From Raja brachyura (taxonomy: Eukaryota), in assembly GCA_963514005.1 (NCBI GenBank), contig OY740785.1, positions 79,856,001 through 79,920,000 of the forward strand: DNA of 64,000 bases, written 5' to 3'. Position 1 is the first letter of the stretch, and the number at the start of each line of letters is the position of its first letter. Below the pieces are notes generated by a model. It was not told the DNA's origin. It made no database searches and saw only the letters and a program-made list of their open reading frames with translations. Below are positions 22,031 to 35,780 of the stretch, piece after piece. A program made the translations under genes and the position numbers.

Positions 22031-23944
22031 TTGATATGGAATGAGCTGCCAGAGGAAGTGGTAAAAGTGGGTTTAATTTTAACATTTATTAAATTGGACA
22101 GGTACGTTGGTAGGGTAGATTTGGAGGATTATGAGCCAAGTACAGAAATGTGGGGCTAGCTCAACATGGTTGGTGTGGCCGAGTTCGGCCAAAGGACCTG
22201 TTTCCCTGCTGCTTAGCTCTGTGACCATGATTATGATTCTATGATCCTATTGATTTAATTACTAGAACATTAATTCAATTCGCTGGGTAACCTCTAAGCA
22301 GTTATGGAGCATGTGACTACCCGCAACAAAACAGAGTAGACCAAAGGATCTTAAACAATAGTCTCCACAAGAAAATGTACTTATCCCGACACTACATACA
22401 GAGGCAATCTGCCATCTGAAGGTAATTCACATATGCTAATGACCTGGCACTGACCACAATAAAACAAATATTCAGAGATTGAGCACAGGCTGACGTTAGA
22501 CCTGCCAATAGTGATAGAATATCCCTGCAATTGGAGGCTGCTACCTTGTCCATTGTCTCAACCATTCACCTCAATGACCACAAAGCCCAAGTTCATCTCA
22601 TTGTCACCTTCTGCAACAAGAAAGCACAGTGTGATTCAAGGCTAACCTTGCTTTAGTTTGACTCTTTTGTTTTCGTCTTTAAAGAACTGCTAAGAAGATC
22701 GGAAGTGGGATAAAGAGAATGCAAAGATACGTGAGATTTGCCATTGACCAGGTTAACAGGTGAATATTTTGCACTTGTCAGGACTGCTAACATCCTTAAA
22801 ATGTCATGGCTATACAGTTAAATTCTCAATTTTTTGAATGTTAATCTATTGAGTGGTGACCAGATTTGACCAACGTTGGTCTTCTGGCTAGATACCACTA
22901 TGTGGTAGTGTACAGCGAGACTGCTTGCATGAATGCAACACAGACCTCACTGCACATACAAAATTAACAAACCTCACAGCGAAATATTTGATCTCATGGA
23001 AACCTTTGTGCTCAAGGACGCAGGCTGATTGTAAAGTGTAAAATGAATCTGCCATCTGAAATTAACATTAATTCCCTGACTCAACAGTGAAGCCTCCTGG
23101 TTTAGACCTGCAAATAAATATGGCAAGGTTTTAAATCAGTTCTGAAAACCCTAATCACTTGATGCACAAATATGCTGCGGTAAACCTAATCAAACTATGG
23201 ATCACGTAGCAATCAAGTTTACACAGATACACTCCCTCTACTCAAGAGCATTGGACTTGTTAGCAATCCTAGACTAGACTTACAATTACAGCTCCAAATG
23301 TGCTACACGAAAGTAGAAAGTCAAATATAAATTCCTCAGCTTTCAATCTAGGGTTCAAACTCATGTCATCAAACATATTTATGCCCTTTGTTCAGCTACT
23401 TTATCCTTTTGTTAAGAGATCCTTTGAAATAGATTTTAAATAGTCTCTACTTTTGTTCTTTGACACCCTCGTGCAAAGAACGGTCTCAAATACAATCTAT
23501 CAGTTCATACACGGAGCTATTCTTGACTTTCCATATTTTTCTTTCCATAGACGTCAATGAAAAAGTAAAGCAGTCTCCACAAATCTGTGCATCTGATTTA
23601 ATTATCCAGCAGCCAAAATTAATTATCCAGCAGACAAAATTACATTCCTCACTACTTGAACGGCAGTTCTTACTGAGAACATTTGCTTCAGGAGGTTATC
23701 CATGGTGGAAGGATGCACTTTTGAGTTTTCACAGCTCATACAGCTATTATATAATGGCCGTATGTTGAGAGGACAGGCTTGTGATGCATAAATGCACACT
23801 TATGCATGCAAAAATAATGATTTCCCATAGCCTGAGAAGAACTGCAGAACTGCAAAAAACAGTTCTGCAGAGCTATTTTGCAGGCACATCCTATGTACAT
23901 TAACATTTTTAAGCATCATTATTTTCATGTTTATCATAAAAGTA

Positions 23945-24262
23945 GTTTGGCACAGTGGTGCAGCTTGTAGAGCAGATTTCTCACTGCCCCAGAGACCATG
24001 CATTTAATCCTGATCACGGGTGTCGTCTGAGTGGAGTTTGCATGCTCTCTCTACTACTGCATTGGTTTCCTCTTGGTTCTCTAGTTTCCTCCACATCCCA
24101 AAGACATGGAGGATTTTAGGTTAAGTGGCCTCTGTAAATTGCCCCCGTGTGTAGGGAATAATGCAAAAGTGGGATAACATAGAATTAGTGCATACCAGGT
24201 GAGCAATGGTCGGTGTGGACTGAGTGGGCGATCGGGCCCGTTTGCATTCTGTATTTTTCAAT
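23945..24262 (+). mobile_element. Older HE1/V-SINE-like SINE
   Basis: ggcacagtggtgcagc head and conserved body. Confidence 0.8.
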
Positions 24263-25539
24263 CAATTTAAAAGTATTTAATATTAAGTAGCCAGACTGAC
24301 CGAAGTACAATTAATGGAGACCTGCACACTTTTAGCTTCAATATTGCCAGAGCATTACAATTTTTTACTGGTGCAAATGTCAATGGATCAACAATTTCTG
24401 GTGACAGTTTTCAATGTTTATTTTACTCCTAATTTCAAACTGACTTCTTTCCCTGACATTTACATCTAGCTTTCTAATTATCTAAATTTCATAAGAACAC
24501 TCCACGGTGAGATGATGTTTACATGAGTGGTTCCAAGGCCATATTTTATGAGCAATGCAATTACCAGTGACCTCTTCCACACAATAATGAATGAATAATG
24601 ACTACATTAAACCATCATAGCTTATGCTATTCACAAAATGCTTGGGAAATTATACAGTTTATACAAAATATTAGATTTTCATTCCGAAGAATATTTCATA
24701 TTTCACATATCGATTTTAGGGATGATGGCCAATTCTACCGTTTCTAACATAAACCTTCAACCTGTCTCTTTATTTCTTTTAGTGCCCACAATTGTAAGAC
24801 ATGGTGATAATATAGTACTTTGAAGGAGTACATAAATACAGGTCGCTGACAGCTATATGAACAGCAAATTGAATATTTTTGCTAATATTATCTTGTGGCA
24901 TTGAATCAGAGAGCCATTCTCTTCTCATCAAAATGCTTGGCACAATCAGTCATATATTTGTGTTTGGCTTCAATTCCAAATATGAATGGTGAAGCAGGCC
25001 AGTAACCTGTTGAAGGACACCTGCCCCCAACCCCACATTCATGCCCGTCTATCAGGTTTTCATGCTGTATTCTGATCTGCCATGGGAAGTATGTAATCGT
25101 GCCATCTATCCCTCTTGTACCAATGCAGGTTGATGCTGTATTTTTGCTGTCGCTACTGAACCTCCATATTACTGTTACAGGATTTAATATTGCTTGTATA
25201 AAGCTCCGCAACTTCTCCGACTTAAATCATTTCACTTGCAATGATGGAGGACACAAGTGTAAACTTTCTTCCTGCAAGGCTTGGTCAGTTTGCATCACAC
25301 CAAGGGCTCCTCGATCCACCGCTGCCTCCTCCTCATCTCCTTCTCCCCCTGCAGTTGTCGACATCTTCCAATGTGGAGCGTGTCAGTGACTCCGAGGGGC
25401 GAAGGAGGAAGAGGTGATGCTGGTGAAGTGGGAGAGTGGCTGAGTGGACAAAGTGATGGGAGAAGCAGAAGGAGGCTGCGGTAGGTAGGAGGAAGAGGCC
25501 AAATGGACAAATTAATAGCCAACAGGAAGAAGCGGCAGC

Positions 25540-25668
25540 TGGTGTTTGTAGTTTGTTGGTTGTTTGTTTGTTTGTTTTTTGCACAAAGTCCGCGAGCATT
25601 GCCACTTTTCATTTCACTGCACATCCTGTATGTGTATGTGACGAATAAACTTGACTTGACTTGACTTG
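25540..25668 (+). mobile_element. LINE 3' end (Rex/L2-type) with (ACTTG)n tail
   Basis: catttcactgcacat...gtgacgaataaacttgacttgacttgacttg. Confidence 0.6.
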
Positions 25669-26000
25669 GTGAGAGAGGAGGGAGCCCCATGGTGACAGAG
25701 CACATCCTGTGGGTGGCAGTGGTCTGAAGGAAGCTTTGTCGGCCGGGGCTACAGTGTAAGCCGCAGCAACAGTGATGTCAACTGGACGGTGTGGCAGCTG
25801 GTGAAAAGGAGCTCGCTGGTGCACCTTGTGATTCAGGGGTTGCGTCAGCAACTGTGGCTGTAAGCAGCCGGGGAGCTGGTCTGCACTGGGGTGGTGTCGG
25901 CAGGTCCGTCTGCAATAACTGAAATCCATTATAGAAGGGTCCGTTAAAGCGAGGGTTTGCTATATATAAAATTATGAGAGACATAGATAGAGTAGACCGT

Positions 26001-26098
26001 AGAGAGTTACAAAAAGCTGGAATAACTCAGCGGGACAGGCAGCATCTCTGGAGAGAAGGAAACCGATGATGATTCATGTCGAGACCCTTCTTCAGACT
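26001..26098 (-). mobile_element. Penelope-derived hammerhead repeat inside a CR1 remnant
   Basis: Reverse complement reads agtCTGAAGAagggtctcgac...; flanked by CR1 sequence (25960-26000 and 26100 onward). Confidence 0.78.
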
Positions 26099-26123
26099 TC
26101 ACTGGATGGAAATATCAAGTACT

Positions 26124-26380
26124 AGTTCCGTTCAGTTCAGCTTAGTTCAATTTATTGTCAGGTGTACCGAGGTACAGTAAAAAGCTTTTGTTGCATACTA
26201 ACCAGTCAGCGGAAAGACAATACATCAAGCCATTTTCAGTGTACAGATACACAATAGGGAATAACATTTAGTGCAAGGTAAGAAATGCTGCTATAGGGGT
26301 AGAGATTGTAATATGTGATTGTAGATCTGCTTCTGTGGCTAGCATGCACATAGTCACCTGGGTTGGGCGCCATTTTGGAA
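26124..26380 (-). mobile_element. ~250-bp bipartite non-autonomous element with Rex/L2-type tail
   Basis: The minus strand starts ccaaaatggcgcccaac and ends tgacaataaa plus a (ctgaa)n-like tail. It interrupts a CR1 remnant and is homologous to 2392-2950. Confidence 0.65.
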
Positions 26381-27128
26381 GATATATTTCTACTTAAGGT
26401 GAGAAACGTTTGAAGGAGATGTACAGTGCAAGCTTTCTACACAAAGGGTGATGACTGCCTGGAATACACTGCTGGGGATGGTGCTGGAGGAAAGCACAAT
26501 ACGATAGGCACATAAATATGCAGTGAGTGGTGGGATATGGGTTATGTGCAGGCAGATAAGAGTTGGTCTCAGCATTATGTGTGGCACAGGCATTGGTGAC
26601 CTTAACTGGAGGGTCCATCAAGGATTTATCCTGCCAAAGAAAAGTGGAGCAGTCTGTTGAACAACTCTCATAATCAATGTGTTTTTAAAATAATTTCTTG
26701 TTGTGGATAAGTATTGATTGTTTAAATTAATTGACATATTCCATGACAGTGTCTTGGCATCTAATATATCAGCTATTGTCCATTCTTGCTTTCTGTATCT
26801 TACAAATGCTTTCCTGAAATGGGCTAACATTGTGCCATGACCAACTCTTATTTACCTGCACATATTCATATCCCTCGATTCATTGCCTATATTCATGTGC
26901 CTATCCAAAAGTCTCTTGATTGTCACTATTGTGTCTACTTCCACCACCTTATTCAGCAGCAAGTTCCAGGCACTCAATGCCCTGTGTAAAAAAACTTGCC
27001 CTGCACATCTCTTTCAAAGCTTTGCCCCTCTCACCTAAAAGCTATGCACTCTAATACTTGATATATTTTACTGTATGTCTGGTATAATTAAGATAACTAT
27101 TTATTGTTGGTATAAAACCGTCTGTCAT

Positions 27129-27132
<4 letters not shown>

Positions 27133-27195
<63 letters not shown>
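27133..27195. repeat. (GA)n microsatellite
   Basis: Perfect dinucleotide run. Confidence 0.98.
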
Positions 27196-27200
<5 letters not shown>

Positions 27201-27299
27201 TGGAGACTGCTTCTCTGTAAACTGCCTCCTTAGATTGTCAGATGGCTTAATGAGTTTTCAACTGAAGATCTCCTGAAGGGAAGCTTATCCTTTTGATAA

Positions 27300-28620
27300 A
27301 TGAGCAGTGGGACGAGCATCAGTAACACTGGAATCTATTATGAAGGAAGTGGTAACAGCAAAGCACTTGGAAAATAATAATAATAATAGATTTTAGCAGA
27401 GTCAGCAAGAACATATGAAAGGAAATCATGTTTGACAATTCTGTTGGAATGTTTTGTAGTTACTTCCAACAGTATTAATGTCAGAACTGATCTTGTGGTG
27501 CATTTGGTTTCCAGAAATAATTTGTGAAAGTACCTCTTAGGAAATCATTAAACATAATTAGAGTACATGGTTTTGAAGTAACACACTGGCATGGATTGAT
27601 TGGTTAATGGACAGGAAACAGACTTGAGTAAAGGGTTATTTTTAGGCTGAAAACTAGAGGTGAATAACAAGATGGGTGTCAGAGGTTATGGGGAGAAGAC
27701 AGAATAGGGTTAGGAGCCATAATTGAATGGTTGAGCAGGCTTGATGGGGGAGAATGGCCTTGTTCCTTTCCTATCAGTTATGAGTTTATGAATTTATGAG
27801 ATTGGTGCTGGGATCCTAGATGTGCACCAAAGGTTTGGATGAAGGAATCTAAGCTTGCTGATAATACTTGTTTGGGTGACAGTGTGGACTGCGAGCAGAA
27901 GGCAGAAAGGTTTTAGGAGATATGGACAGATTGTTAATGGGAGTGAACATGCAAATAATATACGTGTGGAAAAATATGGAGTTAATTTATTTGATGGACA
28001 AAATAGAAAGGTGAAATCATTATTAAATAATGAGAGATAGAAAGGTTCAGAAGGACTAAGGTATTCTTGCAGTGTGTTATTCTTATACATTAATTACTTA
28101 AAGGTAAGACACAGGTTCAGCAAAGACCCTGAAAGTTAAGAGACATATTGCCCTTTGCTTCAGAACATTTAAGTATGAGTAGAGATGTCTTGCTCCAATT
28201 ACACACAGCCCCCTCAGTGAAACTAATTCTGGAATATTTCATGCAATTCAAGTCCCTCTATTTAAAGATGAAGATGTGAAAGAAGCACTACAGCCAAAGT
28301 TTATTGAATTGATGCTGAGTGGTGTTTTGTCATATGAAAAAATGTCAAGCATAATCTGCCTGCACTCATTTGAGTTTAAATGGCTTGATAGGGTTGATGT
28401 AGAGTTGATGTTTCCCCTGGTTGTCTCAAACTAAAGGGTCAGGCATTCAGGACTCAGATTTTAAAATATTCATGACCCTGAGGGTGGTGACTGTAGTGAT
28501 ATTTAATACCCAAAAGGGTGTGGAGACCAGTGCTACATATTCAAAAAAGTTGTCAATTGATATTGAGAGAATCAAGGGCTTTAAGGTTAGTGCAGGAAAG
28601 TGACATTGAGGTAAATGATC
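27300..28620 (+). mobile_element. Highly decayed CR1 RT region
   Basis: gagtcagca...ggaaatcatgtttgaca (QHGF/KSCLT-like) and aagcttgctgataatac (KFADDT-like). Confidence 0.7.
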
Positions 28621-30730
28621 ATTTATTATCTTATTCTTCTTTTCGTGTCCATCTTGTTACAAATGTTGACACTTCTGCTATGGGGCTATTATCTTATTGA
28701 AAGGCAGTCACGCATGATGGGGTGGATGGTATATTCCTGATGTCCTCATATTCTCATGTTCTTTCACTCTAATCTGTCCATTCTGATATGAAACAAGAGG
28801 ACATTCTGTATTATAAGATGTTGCAGGGAGACATTTTTATAACAGCAGGCAAAATTATATTTTTTGCCTTAGTGACTCTTTATTAACTTTCTAAATTACT
28901 ATAGTTGAGAAGTTTCTGGCTTAATGTTGAATAGAATTTGCTGCCTACATTTGTTTTATTAAAGCAAACATTCAATTTGCAAGATTTCTCTATTGTCTCT
29001 ATAACTAACATTTGCAAAAGTCATTCCTAATGCGGTTACTGGCAAACCAGTTTATAAAGTTCAATGGAAAATAGAAGTCTCCTTTTAGTATATATTTGTG
29101 AGCATATTTCTCTGTGTAACAAGATCATACACATGATTTATTGAAATTATGTTGGACTAATTTCTAAATCAGCATGTTAAGGAATCCATTGGAGATAATG
29201 GAATAGTGTCTTTAGTTTTAATGAATGAAGTGGGAATACTAAAAAGCTAGTTGCAAAGCTAGTTACAATTGGGGTCTATTGGCCATAATATTTTGACATC
29301 AGAGCAGAATCAAAGGGAATATATATTTTTAAAATATGACATTAAGGGAGTCACTAAGAGCAGAAATCCAATATATATGTTGTACCTTTATGCTCAGGGT
29401 ATGCTGAAGCCTATCAGTTCATCTTCACTATTATTTCTGCTCAGCCCAAATCATTCAGCACAGACCAGTGTTAAGATCTGGAACATTCATGGTTCAGTTC
29501 CAAGACAGTGCATTCTTCTTCAGTTATATTGAGGCAAATAATTACTTTGTGCTGTTTTTTAAACAGCTGCTTGCAAACATGTGCCAGTGAAGCTAGGGTG
29601 AATCTCACACCCAGTCGCCCGCCTCATTGTCCCATGGTGGCTATACAGCTCAAATTAGTTCAAGGATTTAAATGGGAATGGCAAAAAACAAACATTTCTC
29701 TGTGGCTGAGTACTCTGGGCCCCAAATGCTGCGTCAGTGAGCTCTCATTGGTTTACATTATATAAACTATGTTGAAAAGGTTTCACGTCGTAGGCTGCTT
29801 TGGATGGTTACATTGCATGGGATGAAGGGAGAGCTAGTTAACATAATATAAAATTGTCTTAGTGTTAGAGAGAGAGTGGTGGTGGTGGGGGGTTATTTTT
29901 TGGACTGGAGGTCAAGAAACATAGAAATAGAAATAGGTGCAGGAGGAGGCCATTTGGCCCTTCGAACCTGCACCGCCATTCATTGTAATCATGGCTGATC
30001 ATCCACAATCAGTAACCGGTACCTGCCTTCTCCCCATCTCCATTGATTCCCTAGCCCCTAGAGTTCTAGCTAATTCTCTATTTTTAATTCATCCAGTGAA
30101 TTGGCCTCTGCTGCCTTATGTGGCAGAGAATTCCAAAATTTCACAACTCTATGGTGAAAAGTTTTTTTTTTCATCTTAGTTTTAAATGGCATCCCCTTTA
30201 TTATTGGACTGTGGCCCCTGGTTCTGGATCCCCCATAATCCCCCTGCATCTAGCTTGACCAGTCCTCTCATCATTCTAAATTCCAGTGAATACAAGCCTA
30301 GTCTTTCCAATCCTTCCTCTATGACAGTCCTGAGGGATTCACCTCATGAACCTCTGCTGCGCTGCCTCAATAGCAAAGATTAGGAGATCCTTCCTCAAAT
30401 AAGGAGACCAAATCTGCACACAATACTCCAGATAGGGTACCACCAGGGCCCTGTACAACTGCAGAAGGACCTATACTCAAATCCTCTCGTTATGAAGGCC
30501 AACATGCCATTAGCTTTATTCACTGCCTGCTGTACCTGGATGTTTACTTTCAGTGACTGGTGTACATGGACAGCCAGGTCTCATTGCACTTCTCTTTTCC
30601 CTAATTTGACACCATTGAATAATCTGCCTACTTGTTCTTGCTGCCAAAGTGGATAACCTCACATTCATCTACATTATACTGCATCTGCCATGCATCTGCC
30701 CACTCACTCAACCTGTCCAAGTCACCCTGC

Positions 30731-31260
30731 AATTCAATTCAATTCAATTCAATCTTTAATTGTCATTGTGCAGTGTACAATACAGACAACAAAATGCAGT
30801 TGGTATCTCCGAAGGGCGAACTTACGAATGAACAATTAATTGCGCAGTAGTATGAGTATTGCGCAATAGTATGAGTTAATGTACATCTATACATATACAG
30901 TGTCCGGGGGGGGGGGGGGAGGGGTGGAGACAGGCAGTCATTGAGGTGCAGCGTTGAGAAGTGTGACAGCCGCAGAGAAGAAGCTGTTCTTGAGCCTGCT
31001 GGTACGGCAGCGGAGGGACCTGTAGCGTCTCCCGAATGGGAGGAGGGTAAACAATCTATGGTTGGTGTGTGAGCTGTCCCTGGCGATGCTGTGCGCCCTG
31101 CGCAGGCATCGTTTACTATGGATAGACTCAATGGAGTGGAGTGAGGAGCCTGTGATGCGTATGGCGATCTTCACCACCCTCTGCAGAGCTTTCCGGTCGG
31201 CGACAGAGCAGTTACCATACCATACTGTGATGCAGTTGGTAAGACTCGGGTGGGGATTGG
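30731..31260 (-). mobile_element. Rex1/Babar-like LINE 3' fragment with (TTGAA)n tail
   Basis: ORF 30938-31177: RITG...IARDSSHTNHRLFTLLPFGRRYRSLRCRTSRLKNSFF. The short repeat cctgcaa is found at both junctions. Confidence 0.85.
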
Positions 31261-32158
31261 GACCTGCAACCTCCTAGCATCCTCTTCGTAGTTCACACTG
31301 CCACTCAGCTTTGTGTTATCTGCAAATTTGATAGTGTTACTTTTAATCCAATCATCTAAATCAATATTATGTATTGTAAATAGTTGCGGCCCCAGCACCG
31401 AGCTTTGCGGCACTCCACTTGCCACTGCCTGCAATTCTGACAGGGACACGTTTATTCCTACTCTTCGTTTCGTGTCTGCCAATCAATTTTCTATCCATGT
31501 CATAACCCTACCCCCAATACCATGTGTTCTAATTTTACCCACTAATCTCCTGTGGGGCCTTATCAAAGGCTTTCTAAAAGTCTAGATACACTACATCCAC
31601 TGGCTCTCCTTCATCCATTTTACTTGTCACATCCTCAAAAATTCCAGAAGATTAGTCAAGCAATATTTCCCCTTCATGAATGAATGAATAAGTTTATTGG
31701 CCAAGTATTCACATACATGGAATTTGCCTTGATGCTCTGCCCACAAGTGACAACATGACATGCAGTGACAGTTAGGAATGACACATAAAACATTAAACAT
31801 TAATAATAAAACATTATTGATTAAACATGTGAATTAAATCCATGTATTCATAATGCATCCATTCACAAATCCATGCTGACTTGGACCAATCCTTATACTG
31901 CTATCCATTGTGCCATTATTACATGTTTAATAATTGACTGCAGCATCTTCCCCACCATCGATGTCAGGCTAACTGGTCTATAATTCCCTGTTTTCTCTCT
32001 TGCTCCTTTCTTGAAAAGTGGGATAACATTAACTACCCTCCAATCCACAGGAACTGATCCTGAATTTATAGAACATTGGAAAATTATCACCAATGTGTCC
32101 TCGGTTTCTAGTGTGACCCCCTTGGGTACCCTGGGATGCAGACCATCAGGCCCTGGGG

Positions 32159-32643
32159 CAGGCACAGAACTCACTATCAAAATATGGAGGGGACCGGAGG
32201 ACAGGGGGGACACAATCTTTTGGCGGCCACGCGTGCATGCGCACACACACACACACACATGCGCGAGGCTTCGGAGGCTCAATCCAGCATTAAATGCAGC
32301 TCAACTCTGCCTGTCTCGCTGGGTTAACGTACAAACCCTGACTGGACTGACGGGACACCAGCGCTGCTTCTCCGCGCTCGCCATATTTCCTGCAAGCCCA
32401 GGCAGGTTGACCTGGCGGGACAGGCAGAGTTGAGCTTGGTTTAGCGCCGCTTCTCTGCCCCGCCCCCATTGCCTGCTGACTGATGTCTCTCTTGTCCAAT
32501 CGGCGCCCTCGATCAGCAGTCTCACCACGGAGATTTTAAATCGGGATGACGAAAACTTTGGGGGGGGGGGGGGGTGATGTCCCCCATCTCTCAAAACATG
32601 GGGGGACGTGTCCCCTCTGCTCCCACCGGGTTTTCCGCCCCTG
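32159..32643. mobile_element. Probable hAT-like MITE in CR1
   Basis: Ends CAGG...CCTG with imperfect TIRs and ctgggg repeated on both flanks. The CR1 GPDG region rejoins across it. Confidence 0.55.
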
Positions 32644-33430
32644 CTGGGGGTTTATCAGCCTTCAGTCCCATCAGTCTACCCAATACTATTTCTCGTCTAC
32701 TGCAAATTTCTTTCAGTTCCTCTGTCTCCCTCGATCCTCTGTCCTCCAGTACATCCAGGAGATTGTTTGTGTCTTCCTTAGTGAAGACAGTACCAAACTA
32801 CCTGTTCAACTCTTCTGCCATTTCCTTATTCCCCATAATAATTTCATCTATTTCTGCCTTCAAGGGACCCACATTTGTCTTTACTCATCTTTTTTATTCT
32901 TAACATACCTAAAGAAGCTTTTACTATATTTCTTTGTATTCTTGGCCAGCTTACCCCCTTCATCTTTTCACCCCGTATTGCCCTTTTTGTTAACCTGTTA
33001 TCCTTTGATAGTTTCCCAATCCCCTGGTTTACCGCTACTCTTTGATGTGTTCTTTTAATTTTATTCCATCCCTAACTTCCCTTGTCAGCCACGGTTGCCT
33101 CTTACTCCCCTTAGAATCTTTCTTCCTCTTTGGAATGAAATGATCCAGCATCTTCTGGATTATGCCCAGAAATTCCTGCCATTGCTGTTCCACCGTAATT
33201 CCTGCTAGGATCCTTTTCATCTCTCATGCCTTCATAGTCTCCTTTGTTCAACTGCAATACTGACACTTCTGATTTAACATTCTCCCTCTCAAATTGCAGA
33301 TTAAAACATCATATTATGGTCACTACCTCCTAGTGGTTCCTTTACCTTGAGCTCCCTTATTAAATCTGGTTCATTGGACAACACTGAATCCAGAATTGCC
33401 TTCTCTCCGGTAGGCTCCAGTAGCAGCTGC

Positions 33431-33744
33431 TTTAGTTTAGTTTAATTTAGTTTAGAGATACAGCGCGGAAACTGTATCGGCTCACCAGGTCCATGCCGAC
33501 CAGCAATCTCCGCACATTAACAATATCCTACACCCACTCGGGACAATTTTTACATTTACCAAGCCAATTAACCTACAAACCTGTACGTCTTTGGAGTGTG
33601 GGAGGAAACCGAAGAAAACCTACGCAGGTCAGGGGGAAAACATACAAACTTCGTACAGACAGCACCCATAGTCGGGATCGAACCCGGGTCTCCGACGCTG
33701 CATTTGCTGTAAGGCAGCAACTCTACTGCTGCGCCACCGTGACC
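33431..33744 (-). mobile_element. HE1/V-SINE-like SINE in CR1
   Basis: Full head, body and (CTAAA)n tail. Confidence 0.88.
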
Positions 33745-34355
33745 GAATCCATCTCAGAGGCACTCTACAAACTCCCTTTCTTGGGGTCCTGAACCAACCT
33801 GATTTTCCCAGTCTATCTGCATATTGAAATCCCCAATAACCACAGTGGCATTCACTTTGTTACATGCCAATTTTAACTCCTGCTGCAACTTCCACCCTAT
33901 ATCCAGGCTACTGTTTGTGGACCTGTAGATAACTCCCATTAGTGTCTTCTTACCTTTACAATTCCTCACTTCTATCCACAGCGACTCTACATTGTCAATC
34001 CCTATGTCACCCCTCGCAAGGGACTGAATTTCATCCCTCACCAACAGAGCTACCCCATCTCCTCTGCCCACCTGTCTGTCTTTTCTACAGGATGTATAAC
34101 CCTGAATATTCAGTTCCCAGTCCCGATTCTGCTCTAGCCATGTCTCTGTAATCCCCACAATGTCATATCTACCAATCTCTAACTGAGCCTCAAGCTCATC
34201 CATTTTACTTCTTATACGGCGTGCATTCATATATAATACTTTTAATCCATTACTCACTTAACCTTTCACATTGATTCCTATTTAATTTGGCCATACTCTC
34301 CTATCCCTTCGTGAGCCTTCTGCCCCGTTAATTCTGGTGTCTTTCTTAACTTTTC

Positions 34356-34690
34356 CTATACTCTCTTTCCCTTTAACTCCAATCTTGTATTTCCATTTTG
34401 TCTCCTCCCCCTCAATATTTGGTTTAAACCCACCCGTGTAGCAGTGGCAAACCTGTCTGCCTGAATGCTGATCCCCCACCTGTTAATGTGCAGCCCGTCC
34501 CTTTTGTACAATTCACCCTTACCCCAAAACAGATCCCAGTGGTCTATGAATCGAAATCCCTGCTCCCTGTACCAGCTCCTCAGCCACGCATTCAGATCCT
34601 GTATCTCCCTGTTCCTGCCCTCACTAGCACGAGGAACATGAAGCAAACCAGAGATAACCACCTTGGAGATCCTGCTTTTGAGCCTTCTGC
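34356..34690 (-). pseudogene. CR1 ORF1 SGNH/GDSL esterase C-terminal remnant
   Basis: SKVVISGLLHVPRASEGRNREIQDLNAWLRSW...FIDHWDLFWGKGELYKRDGLH (DGLH block V motif). Confidence 0.85.
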
Positions 34691-35194
34691 GAGCGAGGAA
34701 GGGTAGGACAAAGCATGGAAGGTAATAGGTGAACACAGGCGAGGGGAGGGTTGTATTATTGCATGCAGAGCTGAGATGCCATGTAACAGCTGTGTGTGAG
34801 GTTGCTAACACCACATTTAGAATACTATATACAATTCTGGGTACATAGAGTGTGCATATCAAAGGCTCTCTAGTAAGGACATCATTAAACTGGAAAGGAT
34901 GCAAGAACAATTTATAGGGATATTACCGAATCTGGAGGATACGAGTTATTAGAAGGGGCAGGTTAGGCTGGGTCTTTTCTCTCTGCAGCATAGAAGGCTT
35001 AGGGGTACTTTTATAGAGGTACTAGACCAAGTGGGACCCATTGGGTCCTGTCACCCGGGGGGGGGGGGGGGGAGGGGGGCTGCGGAGTCACACACACTAA
35101 TCACCGCCCTTGATATTATATTAATATTATTCATTTGCTCCTTTTACCCCATCCCCTGCCCTGTCCACTCAGGCATAGCCCCCAACTCACAGGC

Positions 35195-35780
35195 ATGGCT
35201 AGAGAGGGAGAGAGAGGGGGGTAGAGAAAGAGAGCAGAGAGAGAGAAAGAGGGCAGAGAGAGAAACGGCAGAGGGCAGAGAGGGCAGAGAGGGCAGAAAA
35301 AGAGAGAGGGCAGAAAAAGAGTGGGGCAGANNNNNNNNNNNNNNNNNNNNNNNNNNNNNNNNNNNNNNNNNNNNNNNNNNNNNNNNNNNNNNNNNNNNNN
35401 NNNNNNNNNNNNNNNNNNNNNNNNNNNNNNNNNNNNNNNNNNNNNNNNNNNNNNNNNNNNNNNNNNNNNNNNNNNNNNNNNNNNNNNNNNNNNNNNNNNN
35501 NNNNNNNNNNNNNNNNNNNNNNNNNNNNGGCAGAGAGAAAGAGAAAGGGGGGCAGAAAGAGAGCGAGGGGGCAGAGAGAGAGAGAGTGAGCGAGGGGCAG
35601 AGAGAATGAGAGAGGGAGAGAGAGAGGGGGGCAGAGAGGGAGAGAGAGAGAGAGGGGGAGCAGAGAGAGAGTGGGGGGGGAGAGAGAGAGAGAGGGGGTA
35701 GAGAGAGATAGAGAGAGAGTGAGGGGCAGAGCGAGAGAGGGGCAGAAAGAGAGAGAGAGAGAGGGGCAGAAAGAGAGAGA
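35195..35780. repeat. GA-rich low-complexity/minisatellite tract containing the assembly gap
   Basis: (gggcagaga)n-like units either side of the Ns. Confidence 0.95.
35331..35528. other. Assembly gap (198 N)
   Basis: Run of n. Confidence 1.

Larger units (their letters stand above)
29916..34690 (-). mobile_element. Long decayed CR1 spanning ORF1 C-terminus to 3' tail, with four nested insertions
   Basis: Pieces are in collinear order: ORF1 esterase (34356-34690), endonuclease (33754-34257: YMNAR, GITETW, GDFN), RT (GPDGLHPRV, YRPVSLTS, GVPQSSVLGP, KFADN), and tail at 29916. Confidence 0.92.

Noticed and set aside
24906-25389. ORFs of 96-101 aa as possible host exons
   Set aside because: No recognisable domain or convincing splice-site pair, and lengths are compatible with chance.
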